From NCBI GenBank assembly GCA_910592345.1, contig CAJVPI010000026.1, positions 1-64,000 on the forward strand: 64,000 nucleotides of DNA, read 5' to 3'. The stretch comes from Paraglomus brasilianum (lineage: Eukaryota). The notes below the pieces were generated by a model. That model did not search any database. It had not been told where the DNA came from and was given only the letters and a program-made list of their open reading frames with translations. This document shows, one piece after another, positions 1-13,049 of the stretch. Position 1 is the stretch's first letter. Each line of letters starts with the position of its first letter. The translations under genes and the position numbers were made by a program.

Positions 1-30
1 AATTGATTGTATTTTTCGAAAAAAATAGTG

Positions 31-184
31 ATATGTTCAGTTCCGTTATCGTACTAAAGCAGCTGTTCGATGAAGTGGCTGGTATCAAGTTACACGTATG
101 AAAATGTATAAAACCATATGTGTAACATACATGCTATCACTTCACCGAACAGCTGCTTTAGTACGATAACGGAACTGAGCATAT
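31..184. repeat. ~150-bp imperfect inverted repeat (fold-back hairpin / MITE-like)
   Basis: atatgttcagttccgttatcgtactaaagcagctgttcg from 31 is near-perfectly reverse-complemented by cgaacagctgctttagtacgataacggaactgagcatat ending at 184; inner arms gttacacgtatg / catatgtgtaac also pair. Confidence 0.9.
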
Positions 185-608
185 TAATATGCAGTCATGT
201 AGTTTATATTTCACCCGCTGCAGTCATGTGTCCGTCCTTAACTAAACAGGTTTCACCTGTAAAGTAACTTCCTTATCAGAACAGAAAACCTTTATCAGGA
301 AACATGGCAATACATTTTTTGCCGAATAAGTAAACCTGTGTGTGATGCAAAAGTACACAAAATTGCAAAGTTTCTGACTGGCTGACGGTGGTGATAACAG
401 CCGCAGAAAAAATTGCACATTCCCCAACGCGCTTCTTCAATATGGCGGCATTCGAACAAGTAAGGCCAACGAATAACTGATCATTCCTTGTGCAAATGCA
501 TGCTTGCTCGCTCACTCAAGGGCAATATTTTGATTTTATAGGATTTTCACACAAGCAACACACAACAGGTCAGTTGCAATTTGTTTTGTGCATGGGCATA
601 AATTGGCA

Positions 609-899
609 CCTACGCCTGTATGAGCTCCATGATTTCGTGGATTGCATATGGCCGATGCTTGGAAGGAGCTCCCTATCAGCCTACCAGGACTGTCAGCAGT
701 TGCTGCGCTCCTGTGTAGTGGTATGGTACCGGGCTTCTGACCAGTTGCCAGACTTGGTGATATCCTACGCCTGTATGAGCTCCATAATTTTGTGGATTGC
801 ATATGGCCGATGCTTGGAAGGAGCTCCCTATCAGCCTACCAGGACTGTCATCAGTTGCTGCGCTCCTGTGTAGTGGTATGGTACCGGGCTTCTGACCAG
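609..899 (+). repeat. Two near-identical 136-bp direct repeats (609-744, 764-899)
   Basis: cctacgcctgtatgagctccat...gggcttctgaccag occurs twice with a few substitutions and a 19-bp spacer. Confidence 0.95.
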
Positions 900-994
900 A
901 ATACACCTTGTCAATGCCCATATTGATTTGATATTGAACATTTGCAAAGATTAATCAATTTATTTTTTAAAAATTTTGTACTTGAGGCTATCTC

Positions 995-3475
995 TATGTT
1001 TTTTGAGGAAACACGCCATCCGGATTGGAGCATTCTGGCTGCTCTTCAGTACATCTCGGAACATAGCAATCTATATAGTGAAAACATTGAATCAGTTCTG
1101 GAAGAGATGAGGATGAAACTTCGCACAATCAGCCGCCAGCAAAATCTCTTATCTCATGCACGCAATAAAGCTGCTGCAATGTACTCCAGCTTTGATGAGA
1201 CAATCAAAAGAACAGTGGTTAGAAACTGGTTCCAAATGCTGGAGAAGAAGGTGATTTGGACTATCAGCTATTGTATGAAATTCTCGTTCACATAGTAATA
1301 GAAGCTAAATTATGTGTTCTTACAGGAAGAGGTTGAGTCGACAAAGCTGGTGTACAGAGAAGCGATGAAGGCAGATGTTTTGCATGATAAGTTCCAAGTT
1401 GCTCCAGAAGCACAGTTGAAAAGGAAGCTGGTAAGTATTAAAGCGAGTCACTTACTGAAAGTAGATAATTCTTCTTGTAGCAAAAATGTTTGCTTATCAC
1501 ACTCTTTTATTACTCTAGGAAGTGGTTGCAGATTTGCTACCGTCAGATGATCAGGTGATTTATGAATGCTAGTGACACTCAGATATTTCGACATGGAGTT
1601 TTCAAGTGGAGGAGCATCAAAGATAGTTTCATGAAGATGTAACCTTTTTATGCATTTACACCTCAGGCGTCGTCCCAATCACAAGCAAAACAACAAATCA
1701 TGGACAACACTGGAAACAGCGATGAGGGAGACGGATATGAGTCTCCTTGTGAAACGATTGTAAGAGAAAGGAGTGCCAGAGCAAATAAGGTATTGATAGT
1801 CATATGCTTCATCATAAAGAGTAGGAACTAACTAGTATCGCATTATAAGCGATTGCATACTCTTCGTGAGGATAATGAAAATGCTGGAACTGACTTCTCA
1901 AGTGAGGAATACAGTCATCATACAAATTATGATGAAGTCGAGGAAACTGTAAGGAATTTACATGTTTTAATTTCTTAGCTTTCGTGTTCTGATATTTGGC
2001 TATGTTTGATAAGGGCAGCAACCTGAAAGCAATTTTGCGAAGTTACTGCAAGAAGAGGACCACTTCGCCTCACGAGTAAGTTCGGCAATATGAAATCAAT
2101 GATACTTACTAATATGAGTGCTTACTTGATGTACTTATTGGTTTCTTGTCAGTCCTGCTCATAGCTTCGTTCTCGATTTGTCGCCAAGTTCCAAAATTCG
2201 GCGTGACTTTTCTCGGAAAAGTTGGCAGGAATTGGTAACAAGCCGACGCATTGCGCAAACAACATACCATCATGAGATCGAGTCTCTTCTCACCCACTTG
2301 TTTGGAAGGGTAAGGCATGTTGCAACTACTGACTAGTCTGAACATGTATTGACAACTCTTTGTGTTTTTAGAGGAACTTAACTGATGCTCGCACAAGGTG
2401 GTACAGCCTCCGTGATCTGCCCACTCCCACATACAGCAACGAGTTTTCATATGCAGAGAACGACTGGCCAAAGATATGTCGTTGGGTCGAGCGGGTGACA
2501 GGCCAATTGTATGTCTATGCAATGATCACAAGACTTGTTATTATTATCATGACATGAGCTGATTATTATTGCTATGGTTCTGTCTTTATAGCTTGGATGC
2601 ATTCGAGTCTTCTCGAAATCCGCTCCAGAATAACTGCTATGAACGAGAATGGCTTGGTGGTTACCTTGTTCCGCTTTTGCAGGGTGCCCTGGCTTTGGAT
2701 GGAAACTGTCGCGTCCGATGGTAAGTTCCAAACATTCCTGTAATTAGCACATTAAATCTAAGTTAAAAAATTTCATGAATTGTCATAAAGGGGAGAGGCT
2801 TCTGTGTTGTCAACGCAGCATCGTCGTAATCAAGACAGAGACGTCTTTGAGCTGCAGGTTGAACGGGCCCACATGGCCGATCTTCTATGCGTTTATGAGC
2901 AACATGAAGTCATGTGTCTGCTTGCGTGTGGTGGTCCTGACTTCTACGATCTTACGAAGATGGCATCAGACGAGTTCAACCTGCCCAGGATGATGAAAGA
3001 CATGCTGGACAACCTACAGGCCAAGTTCCCATGTATGATTGGGGATAAAAAATTATATATAATCGGAATACAGGTGAGTTGTGATAGGTTATTTAAAATG
3101 TGATTTATTATTATGTAGTAATGATTTTTTTCTTCAGACGTATATGACAGAAGTCCGCCTCTACATCATGGAGAGAAATGAGGTGTACCGTCTCCACTTT
3201 CTAAAGTCATTCCATCTTCCACTTACCTTCTCCGCATATAGTAACTTGAGAGTTGCATTGAAGTGGGCATGGAACATTCGAGTAAGTTCGTCCGTTTGGA
3301 ATTTTTATGGAAAATGGGCTTTCTAACTCATATTTTAATTTAGGGCATGTTGAATGAATTGATCAAGAAATTTGAGGCCAGTTCAGATGATGAGTATGTA
3401 TTTATATCATCATCGGATATGAAGACTCAGACGACGCCGGCTAAACATCCCAAAAAAAAGGGACCAGCACATTGA
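995..3475 (+). pseudogene. Multi-exon, disrupted gene of a repetitive fungal family with a probable restriction-endonuclease-like (PD-(D/E)XK-type) C-terminal domain
   Basis: Spliceable segments ...RAHMADLLCVYEQHEV...TKMASDEFNLPRMMKDMLDNL...LYIIGIQ / TYMTEVRLYIME...FHLPLTF / ...MKTQTTPAKHPKKK* with GT-AG introns; middle exons are broken by stops; start uncertain. Confidence 0.5.
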
Positions 3476-3872
3476 GTAGTCACGGGAAATCTAGAGAATT
3501 CTGAAAACAATAAACAACCCCAACTCAGAACTACTTCCACCGCCAAAAAGAAGAAAGACACTTCCATTTGCTCGGCTTCTTACAAACGAAGAGAGTTGGC
3601 AGCAATTAAGAAGAAGCGGAACAGAAATATTATAGTGTGTATCCGACGGGGAAATGTCCAGCTTGTGAAATACGACCCACTGGATACTTAATAATAAGAA
3701 TATTGAATAATAGAAACAAGCGAATTGTGAGAAGCACGGAATTTATAACAAATGCAGTTAACATAAATCTTCACTATATTGCGACTGAAACAAATAACCC
3801 ACGCGTTATTTCTATACTAATCGATCACAAGAGAAACATATTGCTATTCCGATTTCGGGAGCATATGAACTG

Positions 3873-4082
3873 TCATCCCGGAAATCGTATTAATTTCCTA
3901 GCCTCAAGATATTTTTTACTCTGACTTGGCAACAGAACATTTTCTCTAAAATACATTAAGCGTTCCCAGATCCGTTCTTTCCACTCACCAGGAGTTTCTC
4001 CAATACGTACTTGTGGCATCCAGCAATATTCAACCCATTCTTCAGGAGTACAGGAGCCATAAATACGCCTATTTAAATCCAT
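3873..4082 (-). pseudogene. Intronless hypothetical ORF fragment (MDLNRRIYGSCTPEEW...), apparently truncated
   Basis: Protein-like 69-aa ORF; coding-like sequence continues past the TGA toward ~3600. Confidence 0.4.
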
Positions 4083-4259
4083 TTAAAATATTTTATTCAG
4101 CGAATGTTTCTAGCGTTTTTTAGTCTTATACGTATATACCTATATGAAGATTCAATTTTCGTTTGAATGGTTAGGTTGTATCGGTTCACGAAATTTGTAG
4201 CGATTTTCGACATTGTGTTTATGGGATGGTTTCTGCGGACTATAACTATGACGAATATC

Positions 4260-5011
4260 TTTTCAATTCAAAAATAATTATCGATGAGCGGTTCTTTTAC
4301 AGCGGTACCGCGCAAAAATGCCAAATGTCGCGACCATTTATCATCTGAATAATCAGGATATTCTATTTTAATTTTAGGATTAACATCCCTCAAAACTAAG
4401 ATATTTCAAATCATTACAGTTACGGGCTATTTCTTCGACAGCTTTATTGCTAATCGAACAATCACCAAGCTCAAGATGTCTAAGTTTTGGGCACGAGCGA
4501 GTAATTTCGGTGATACATCGATTAGTGAGACATATACATGAATTAAGACTCAGACGTAATAGCTTTGGACAATATCTTGCAATTTCTATAATTGGTATGT
4601 TAGTAAAACCATCACTTCGGTCAAGAATAAGAGTTCGTATATCTGGACATGAGCGTAGAATCGTACTAATCGATGCATCTGAGATTTTTAAACCTTCTAA
4701 CCTGAGGTATACCATCTTGGCGCAATAGGTTGGCTTTATCTTTTCACACATGACTTTTTCAATTGCCGAGTAAAAGCTCGAGGCATCTTTCGACCGTACG
4801 GACCTCTCTGATAATCATTTTCTGTAAAAAACTCAACGCGACGCCATAGAATAGGAACACCACACTTGTACCAAAACCGATTAACAAACAAAGCGGGATA
4901 GAGGGATCGATCAATTTCTAAAAAATACAAGATCTGTTCTAGTAATTCCGGTAAGTCAAAAATATTTAGACCCTTTAGGTCATTGCTCTGTAATAGTTGC
5001 CCCATTCTCAA
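4260..5011 (-). pseudogene. Intronless F-box + cysteine-containing LRR (FBXL/RNI-like) gene, frameshifted
   Basis: F-box-like IFDLPELLEQILYFL...ALFVNRFW...ILW (4736-5011) continues in another frame into repeats CPDIRTLIL, CPKLLRLSLNSC, CPKLRHLELGDC (4380-4751). Confidence 0.75.
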
Positions 5012-5061
5012 GAATATATATTATATATCTTTAATCGGAAAAACAACTATTGTTTGGATAA

Positions 5062-5450
5062 TTAATTTAATGTGCCACCTGGTCTATAAAGCCATTTAAT
5101 TACTGCATGTTGAATTATTTTAGCTGAATTGATTTGTTTTTTCCATAAACGATATGTCTTCTGGATAATTAATGACGCACAATTTTTTTTATATAATGCT
5201 AGTTGAACTTTAAAATCCCTGTATTTAGGGTCATTACCTATTTGCTTATGGCTGGTCAAATTATTTTTGATACGAAATACAAAATTTTCCCAGTAATCTC
5301 TACTATCTATTTTATATTCTAATTTTAATAAACGCTTGCGTATATATTTTGGTGGATAATATTTTGCAAACCGTAACCATGCTTCTGACGGTTTAATATT
5401 GTTAGCAATATAATTTACACCATATTCACTTAACCTATCCTGTAGACCCG
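5062..5450 (-). pseudogene. Intronless ORF fragment with IQ-like motifs
   Basis: ASLIIQKTYRLW and AKIIQHAVIKWLYRP resemble IQxxxRxW motifs; upstream frame is interrupted. Confidence 0.35.
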
Positions 5451-5647
5451 ATTCGAAGAATCGCCTAAAGGCTTGCTTTGCAATACTCTGCTATAACTCA
5501 TATATATTTGCTACTTCCGACGTATCTAATATAGTTTTAACTGGTACTTTGTTAATTTTACAAGATAAAATTCTCATTGTGTTTTATTATGATAATATAT
5601 TTAATTATATTTTTTGTGTATTAATAAATAATAATTCCGCATTTACA

Positions 5648-6107
5648 ATGACTGAAGATAATATCAACAGAGCTGGCACGGCCAATGCTATCTCGTCTCA
5701 AGAATTTTGTAAAGAGTTAGATGCATCAATCAATTTGCAAGAATTACGTGGATGTATCGAAACAGTAACCAAGTCTTTAACAGAGCAGCAGAATACTATT
5801 GGGGTAATAGTGGGCAAGTATTGGATAAAAAAATCCGGATTTCTCTTCACCAATTACTGGAGATAGTGAAACCTGAGGTTCGTCAAGAACTTATAAACGC
5901 GATAGCAAACCCCGATATTTCTCGGAGAAATCGTACACCATGTAAGGCTAAAAGAAAAAAAACTAATTTTTAACAATACCGCATCTGAATCCTCATCCTC
6001 GTCTTCATCCGGGTCTGACTCTGAATCATCTAGCTACGAAGTGACTACTTCTGGCAACGACGATAAAGATTTTACTGTGAATGTGGTGAAAGCAAAGAAG
6101 CGTAGTT
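5648..6107 (+). mobile_element. Frameshifted Gag-like fragment, possibly from a Ty3/gypsy-type retroelement
   Basis: MTEDNINRAG... shifts frame into IRISLHQLLEIVKPEVRQELINAI, reminiscent of the Gag segment before retro-aspartyl proteases, followed by an S/E-rich tail; no protease or RT seen. Confidence 0.3.
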
Positions 6108-7016
6108 AACAACTAATGTTCGGATAATTAATTTTGCGTACATATACTATGCATTTTCTGGATGCCACCGAAATAACCAGAGCAGATCATAATAATGAAA
6201 AAGGTCATCCCACGCTTGGAGAAATATATTAAATGAGAGCACAATCTCTAAGTCTTTCTCAAAGCAATTAAATAAATGTCATTTTTGATAGTTATGAATA
6301 GAACAAGAATGATCACTCAAATAAATGATTCGGAAAATTTAAATGAAACGTTCACAATTGCCGTAGTTTTAATTTCACGAAAAATAGTTCCAAAGTAGAT
6401 AGATCTTACGTCATAGAGCTATTACGCGTAAACCGGTGTTTATATATTCCATCAATACATTAGTCAACCTTGGCATCGTTTATGTAGGCGTTACCCACTC
6501 GGATGATCTATTAGTTGGACAAGTAGATGCGCGCACCAGAACTTTCTCCTAGCCTGTAAGTTTGCGAGAGAAAAATATTCTTATGAAGAAGTAAATACGC
6601 AAAATTAGGCATAGTACGAATATAATTTGTATCATAGCAGCAACCTTATAGTCGTATAAAATGCCGAGAAAAATGCCTACGGTAAGTGGTACGAATATAT
6701 AGTTAGTCTATATTTAGTCTGGTTTTTTTTTATTTACGTTTTCTGCACAGTATATCACGTGCACATGAAGTTATAATAATCTTTGTAAAACTAATTCTAT
6801 AAACATAATCTGCAATGTACGCGTCAATGATTTGATGTTGGTTTATTTATACAATGGTAAATTCGTGTTTACTGAGAGCTACAAAAACTCCATTAAATAA
6901 TATGTACATTAGAATATAGTTCCCGTCGTAATAGACGCTACATTAATTACGTATCCCACCAATCCCCCATATGTATATCACTCTCCTAATATCCTTTTGT
7001 ACAAACTCTTAAATCG

Positions 7017-9039
7017 TCATCTTGTTCTTGTTGTGACATCTTCACAGCAACAAATCGATCCTGCTTCTGCACACCCAAACAACTCGTCTACTTCGTCTAT
7101 CGATACTCCCTTTGCTATTAACATCTTCAATGCTTTTTCGCTCACATCATTTTTATAGTCCTTATACATTTTTAGTCTTCTTAACGATCCTGGCATACAT
7201 TCTAACTCTCCATCACTGATTACGCTGTGCATTCTAAATTCCTGTAAACTCTTCAAAGACGTTAACATTTTAATTCTCCCTGCTATTTCATTATTGTCTT
7301 CATTCATCCATGCTTGCGATCCATATCTTGGCTTTAGCATGCATAAATCAAAATATTGAAGGCTACTCGCATATCTTTCTCCAATTATGTGATATAAATC
7401 AGCTGAATTTGATGTGTATATTCTCAAAATGAGTGTCTTCAATCGAGGTGCATTATCGGGTAGCATTTGTATCCATTTGTTTCCGTATGCAACATAAAGA
7501 TCATCATCTTTTTCTTCATATTGTACGTGGTATACATAGCCCAATATCTTTAAATGTTCAAGTGTAGAAGGTAGTTTTGCATGCATCCAGTCGACAGGAA
7601 GAGAAGGGTATCCGACACTTAGATGCGTAAGAACGCGTGGGAGAGCGAATACTCCATATGGAAGTGTACACTTGGATACGTCTAGTTGATGCAGATTGAA
7701 CGGATAAATGTCTGGATTATTAAGAAGTAATGATTTATCCCAGAGTTCATATTCTGCATCTCTGTGAACAAGATCTTGGTTGCCAAGAACATAGTGTCGA
7801 TGTCGTGGATGATTTTGAGTAAGAACAAGTTCGGAAATGTGATTGGGAAGTGAGTCACGGGTAATATTGGTGTTTGACAAAGATGAACTGTCGATAATGA
7901 GCTGAAGGGTTTGGAGACGAGGAAGGAATGACTGAATTGATGTCGACAGAGATCCATCGGAAAATAATAGTGAAAAATCGATCGCTAGGTAGCTGATATT
8001 GCTAAGATGTTGAAGCGATTGTACCAATTTACGGGATGATACTATCAAGAAAGATTTGAATTAGTGTGAGTATTATCAGAGGTGAACAGGCATATAGTAT
8101 CGTAACTTTATTGATCGCTTTTGCTTACCTTGAGGACAGTTAATTATACGTAGTTCACGTAAGCTGTAGGGTAAATTCATCAATCTGCGAGTAGGGGAGA
8201 ATGAAAGCTTCGTCAATACTGAGATTAAGTGACAATGTTCTATAATATCTTGGCGAACGTTAATTACAAAGCATTGTAACGTTACTTACCCTGCTCCACT
8301 AAAATCCCAGCATCCCTGGACTGTGAACGATTCAAGATTCGACAAGTTACCCTGAAGCCACTTTGATATGTCCGACGAATGTACTCGAGTGTCATGTAAG
8401 TATTCGCTATTCGTAATTGCAAGTCGTTGAAGGCCGAAAGGATATTTGGCAAACTTGTGTGGTGTAAATGTCTATTATTGGGGGGAGGAGGGGGAAGGGG
8501 AGAGAAAGACATTGAGCATGGAAACCAAATAAACAAATGATCTCTTGAGCAACATCAAAAGGACCCCTTGCCCCTTTATGCAGAGTTCGTCTGATGCAGA
8601 TAATATTCTCCCTCGTGGTCGTTAACTTGCTACTTACCATAATACGCCCTATGTCAATATTCCATTCGACCACTGATTCGAGTACAATCGTGTTCCACAT
8701 TTTACATGTCAATCGGAGTACTTTTCTACATCTCTCCGCTTCTGAAATTTCGTTCATTGTGTATACATTCATTTCATTATAGTTTCCGTCCCATGATAGT
8801 TGGCTTTTATCTGGACAGTTTCTCCACACTTGCAAAGCATCGACCGGTTCTACGAGGAGAGCGAATATGCGTATTAATACCTCAACTGGGAGGTTATTGA
8901 GGGATAGCTTGTTATTCCGTATGAAGGAGTTGGAGTCGGAAGTCGAAGCGCGAATGCTTTTAATGGATGTTAATTGCAAATATAAAGGAATACGGGTTTG
9001 TGTCTGTGAACGGAGAGAGCGGAGTCTCGTTCGAAGCAT
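7017..9039 (-). CDS. F-box protein with C-terminal leucine-rich repeats (multi-exon)
   Basis: LNNLPVEVLIRIFALL...LRLTCKMWNTIV F-box in 8407-9039; LRR-like LPxxLxxLxL repeats in 7017-8048; GT-AG introns between. Confidence 0.75.
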
Positions 9040-11711
9040 TCTCTTCTAATGTTTGGGAATTGTGAACGAGTATACATTAATAAATAGATACGATAGATAG
9101 TTGATATTTTTATTCATTGTCCCTCATGTTAATATCCTAAAACATCGACTGCCCATTATTCTAATTGCCATTATTTATTCATGATATAGCGTCATTGCGT
9201 TGCATTCTATACATTCAAATACGTACAAATTTCTTGATGCCATCTTTTCGTATCATCCCGTAGCGCGATGGCTTCAATAGTTTATCTTCAGACAGTGAAG
9301 TAACACCAGGCATAGTTCTGTCTTTAAATGTTTCCTTTCAAGTATATTGTGAGAAATCTCGTTGATCAAAATGGAACTGTATTTATAGAATGGCTACAAC
9401 AATGTGATTGAGATGCTTGTAATGAAATATTGTCTCTTTATTATTGTTCTCTACTCCTGGTCAAAAATGTCAGTTGAGGGAGGAAAAAAATCGTGCACTT
9501 TACAGTGTTCTTTTTATATGTACATGGTATTTGTATTTTTTCTGTAAAACGTAATTGTAAGAGCTACGATTTGCAGTCTTAAATGGCAATTAGATATTTT
9601 ATTGCACAACCCCCATTTGAGAAGAAAAGAACAGTTGCAATGATTGCCGTGATCGGCCGAGTAACTTGGCAAATACAGTATAGAAGATAAATGACAGTGA
9701 AACCGGTTCAGTAAGTGCTAGAATGTCGAATGAGGATGAATATTCTGTATTGATTATAAACATGTATGTCTGCCATGCACAATTATTAATTAATTAGCAA
9801 CGTAATACTAATACTATGTAAGTCCTTAATTGCTGAAATAATCTTGGAATAAGCAAGCAATAACATACAAGCTGCCAATTCCCCCTTCCTTAAGACACAA
9901 CTTGGTACAGTACATGGCCCATATGATATCTATTTTGACTAGATGCATTGGAAGTTCTCTTGCATGTGTACAGTTGATTCCAGTTGCATGATGTCTGTGA
10001 AGCCATTCCGTATATTATTATTGATATTTGATTTCATAAAGTTCATAAATAGTGTTCATTTTGTTACATCGCCCAACCATCCAATCTTATCCATCAACCA
10101 TAACAAACAAATGATTTTAAATACTGCTGATAAGATGATTGATGTTTAGTAAGACCGTTATAGCTAGTTGGCTGGTATTTAATATGACACTAACCACTGT
10201 ATCGTTACCTGTTGATATGATGTTATGCTCGCACTGAATATTACCCTGCCCAACTTAATTCCTTGTTCATGTCAACGTATGCCAATTTCGGTCGAGCACC
10301 ACCATACATAACAACAAACATTACTACCGTTACCATCTCCTTCTCACTTCTTTTATTCCATAGAAAGTCGTAACCATGCGCTTCTCTAAATCCTTGACAA
10401 GAAGTTCTAATTAAGTTTGCTCTTTCGTACTGATGCCATACAAATAAGCGATCGATTTACATTTAGTAGATGAAAGGGGAAAACAAGACAACTGGTAGAC
10501 TATTGGTAGTTCCCAACATCAGTTATTCTACGTTCACCAGACCAAATAGCACATGTCCACTGGTTCATATGCTATGACACAAATCAAAATACTGTACGAA
10601 TTGGAGATCACTTGTAGGAAACACAATCAAGCACCATCAACTGTTAGACTTCTTATATTTGGCTTGTAAATAGTGAGAGAGACCAGTATTACGGCAGTAT
10701 TTGTAAAACATATCAGTCGTACACATATGTTTGATCTCTCATTTACCTTGTCAATCGTACCACAAATGTCGAGACCAAGTTGTTTAATTCCGTTCCTAGC
10801 ATCAAAAAGATTACGACAATTCCCGCCCTTGTTGTTTGCCCCATCCCTAACAAAAAAGATTACACACACACCCCCCGAGGCGTTGACCATTGTGTTTACG
10901 CATACTTTTTATAGGCGAATTATAGGACGCAGTCGTGGCATAGCAATTGTAAGATAATCGCATTGTGATCGGAGACAATACCTAATCATTGAGTATCATA
11001 TAATAATAAATAATACAGTAATATAAGGGACATTCTGGTTACACTGTGCTCGGAGCGGAGATAAGTTTTTCTTTATCCGACAAGCACCGATTTTGTCATA
11101 TACTTGTCATGGTTTCTTTTGTCCAGACAATGAAATGGTTAGGATTCTTTGTTAAAAGTCTAAGAGAACGAAACGAAAATCGCGCATGTTGTATGAGCTA
11201 TTATTATTATTATGTAATGCATCTATAAAAAGAGCAATTCGCATGTGTATATGTATAAATAGTTTTATAATACATAAAAATTGCACATGCCTATAAAAAT
11301 AGGTTTATTGTGCAGCAAACCGCAGCATGGTACTGAAACGTCATAAGACAATAGTTGGTTACAATATGTATTGTACAATTCGTTGTTTCGGCTAAAGCTC
11401 TTCTTTTATTTATTTAGGAATTTGTATGTGTATACGCCTCTTATGGTCAGCACTATAAGAAGACCCTGATTTTTTTTTCAAGTAACGATGTCAAATTGCT
11501 GGGCGATATGATCCTCTATTAGATATACAATGCATAGGAAACATATATTTATTGACTACCAGTCTCAACCCTAACTGTAATATTATTAACAGTACTTGAA
11601 GAAAGCAAATGACTTCATAATTTACGAACACTATTTAATCTAATCTTATTATTTCACATATAGCTAAAGAAATTCTCAACGAGAAAGCAGTAAATCTAAA
11701 TAATAATCACC

Positions 11712-12857
11712 ATGCTGGACCAACCATATAGTTCCCATTACATTGCATTCGTAATTGCTCTGCCTGTTGCTGTAAGTTTATTTCTTTAAAACTGTATCCG
11801 CAAAATACCATAATTACTTTACTCATTAACAATGCACCACGTTAATGTGATACAGATATTCATACAGAATGCTTTCCTGTCGGTATTCCACCTGACCAAG
11901 CATCACAGCTATGTGAGCACGATATTGAAAACACTTTTCAATCTTAGCGGTGCTGCAAGGCTTTTAGTTTCATTTGCTGTTATTATGGTATCCATAATAA
12001 CAGCAAAGCAATGTGACAATATGACGTTTGTGCATGAAGTTCTTTCGTTTATCTACAGAGAATCTCTTGTTGCCTTTTTATTATGGCGATTGATTCACAT
12101 TACGAATTCTGTTTGGGACAAGCATGTTGCTTTAATTTTAATATTGACGAGAACTGGGCTACAGGTAAAAAAACAAAACCAAATTTATGTGATACTCATT
12201 TGTCTAGTGTTATTATGTTTCTAATCGCGCGCGCTTGCTTATTCTTCAATCGGACAGCTATATCAAATTATAGCAGATCGACTCGTGACTCACTCGACTA
12301 CCACCGACTCTTGTAACGTTCTCGTCCATGATAAATTGGCAACAATCATGTTCGTTGTAACCGACTATTTAATAGACTTGTACATTACAGTACGTCTGGC
12401 GCAGATACTTGGAAGCGCCAATCGTAAATATTCGCGCTCTGTATCGGTTCCAAGAGATTCTAAACGAACTATATTTACTGCTGTTCTCTGGTGGAATTTG
12501 TTAAGAGTTTTCGTTGCGACATTGGTAGATTCTCTTGCATTGTATACCGTAACAGCAACAAATATTGATCAAGTTCTTTTTAATACTCTACAAGCAATCG
12601 TTTGCATTGCCATGTCATACGTATTAACGTTTGATGCCGATATAGTGAGGAAAATTCAGGGAAAGACAACAGTGTATAATGGCGATCATGAAACGGGAAG
12701 TAGAGTTGGACATACAAGTGTTTCAGAGGTAACGGTGACAAACGAAACACAGCCTGAGATCTTGCAGAGCAGAATCAAGGATGATGATTTGGAGAGGAAT
12801 GGAAACAGAACCAATGTGGGCTCTGGCGCATGGTTACCACCAAACATGGGATCCTGA
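11712..12857 (+). CDS. Orphan multi-pass (about 7TM, GPCR-like) membrane protein, 3 exons
   Basis: ATG 11712; introns ~11773-11856 and ~12165-12257; serial hydrophobic helices with extracellular Cys; motifs shared with the 29648 gene. Confidence 0.7.
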
Positions 12858-13049
12858 CCGTCTTATAGTATCTGAACATTAAACTTATGTATTATTATAT
12901 AATTAATTCGAGTTTTATTTAATATGGTTATGTTGTAACGTTAATAGTAGCAATAAACATTATGAAGAAGTCTTATTATTGAACACAATGGCAGAGTAGT
13001 GCTGAATAACGAATTCACTGTTTAGGTAGATTGCCTCAAATGTTTGTGA

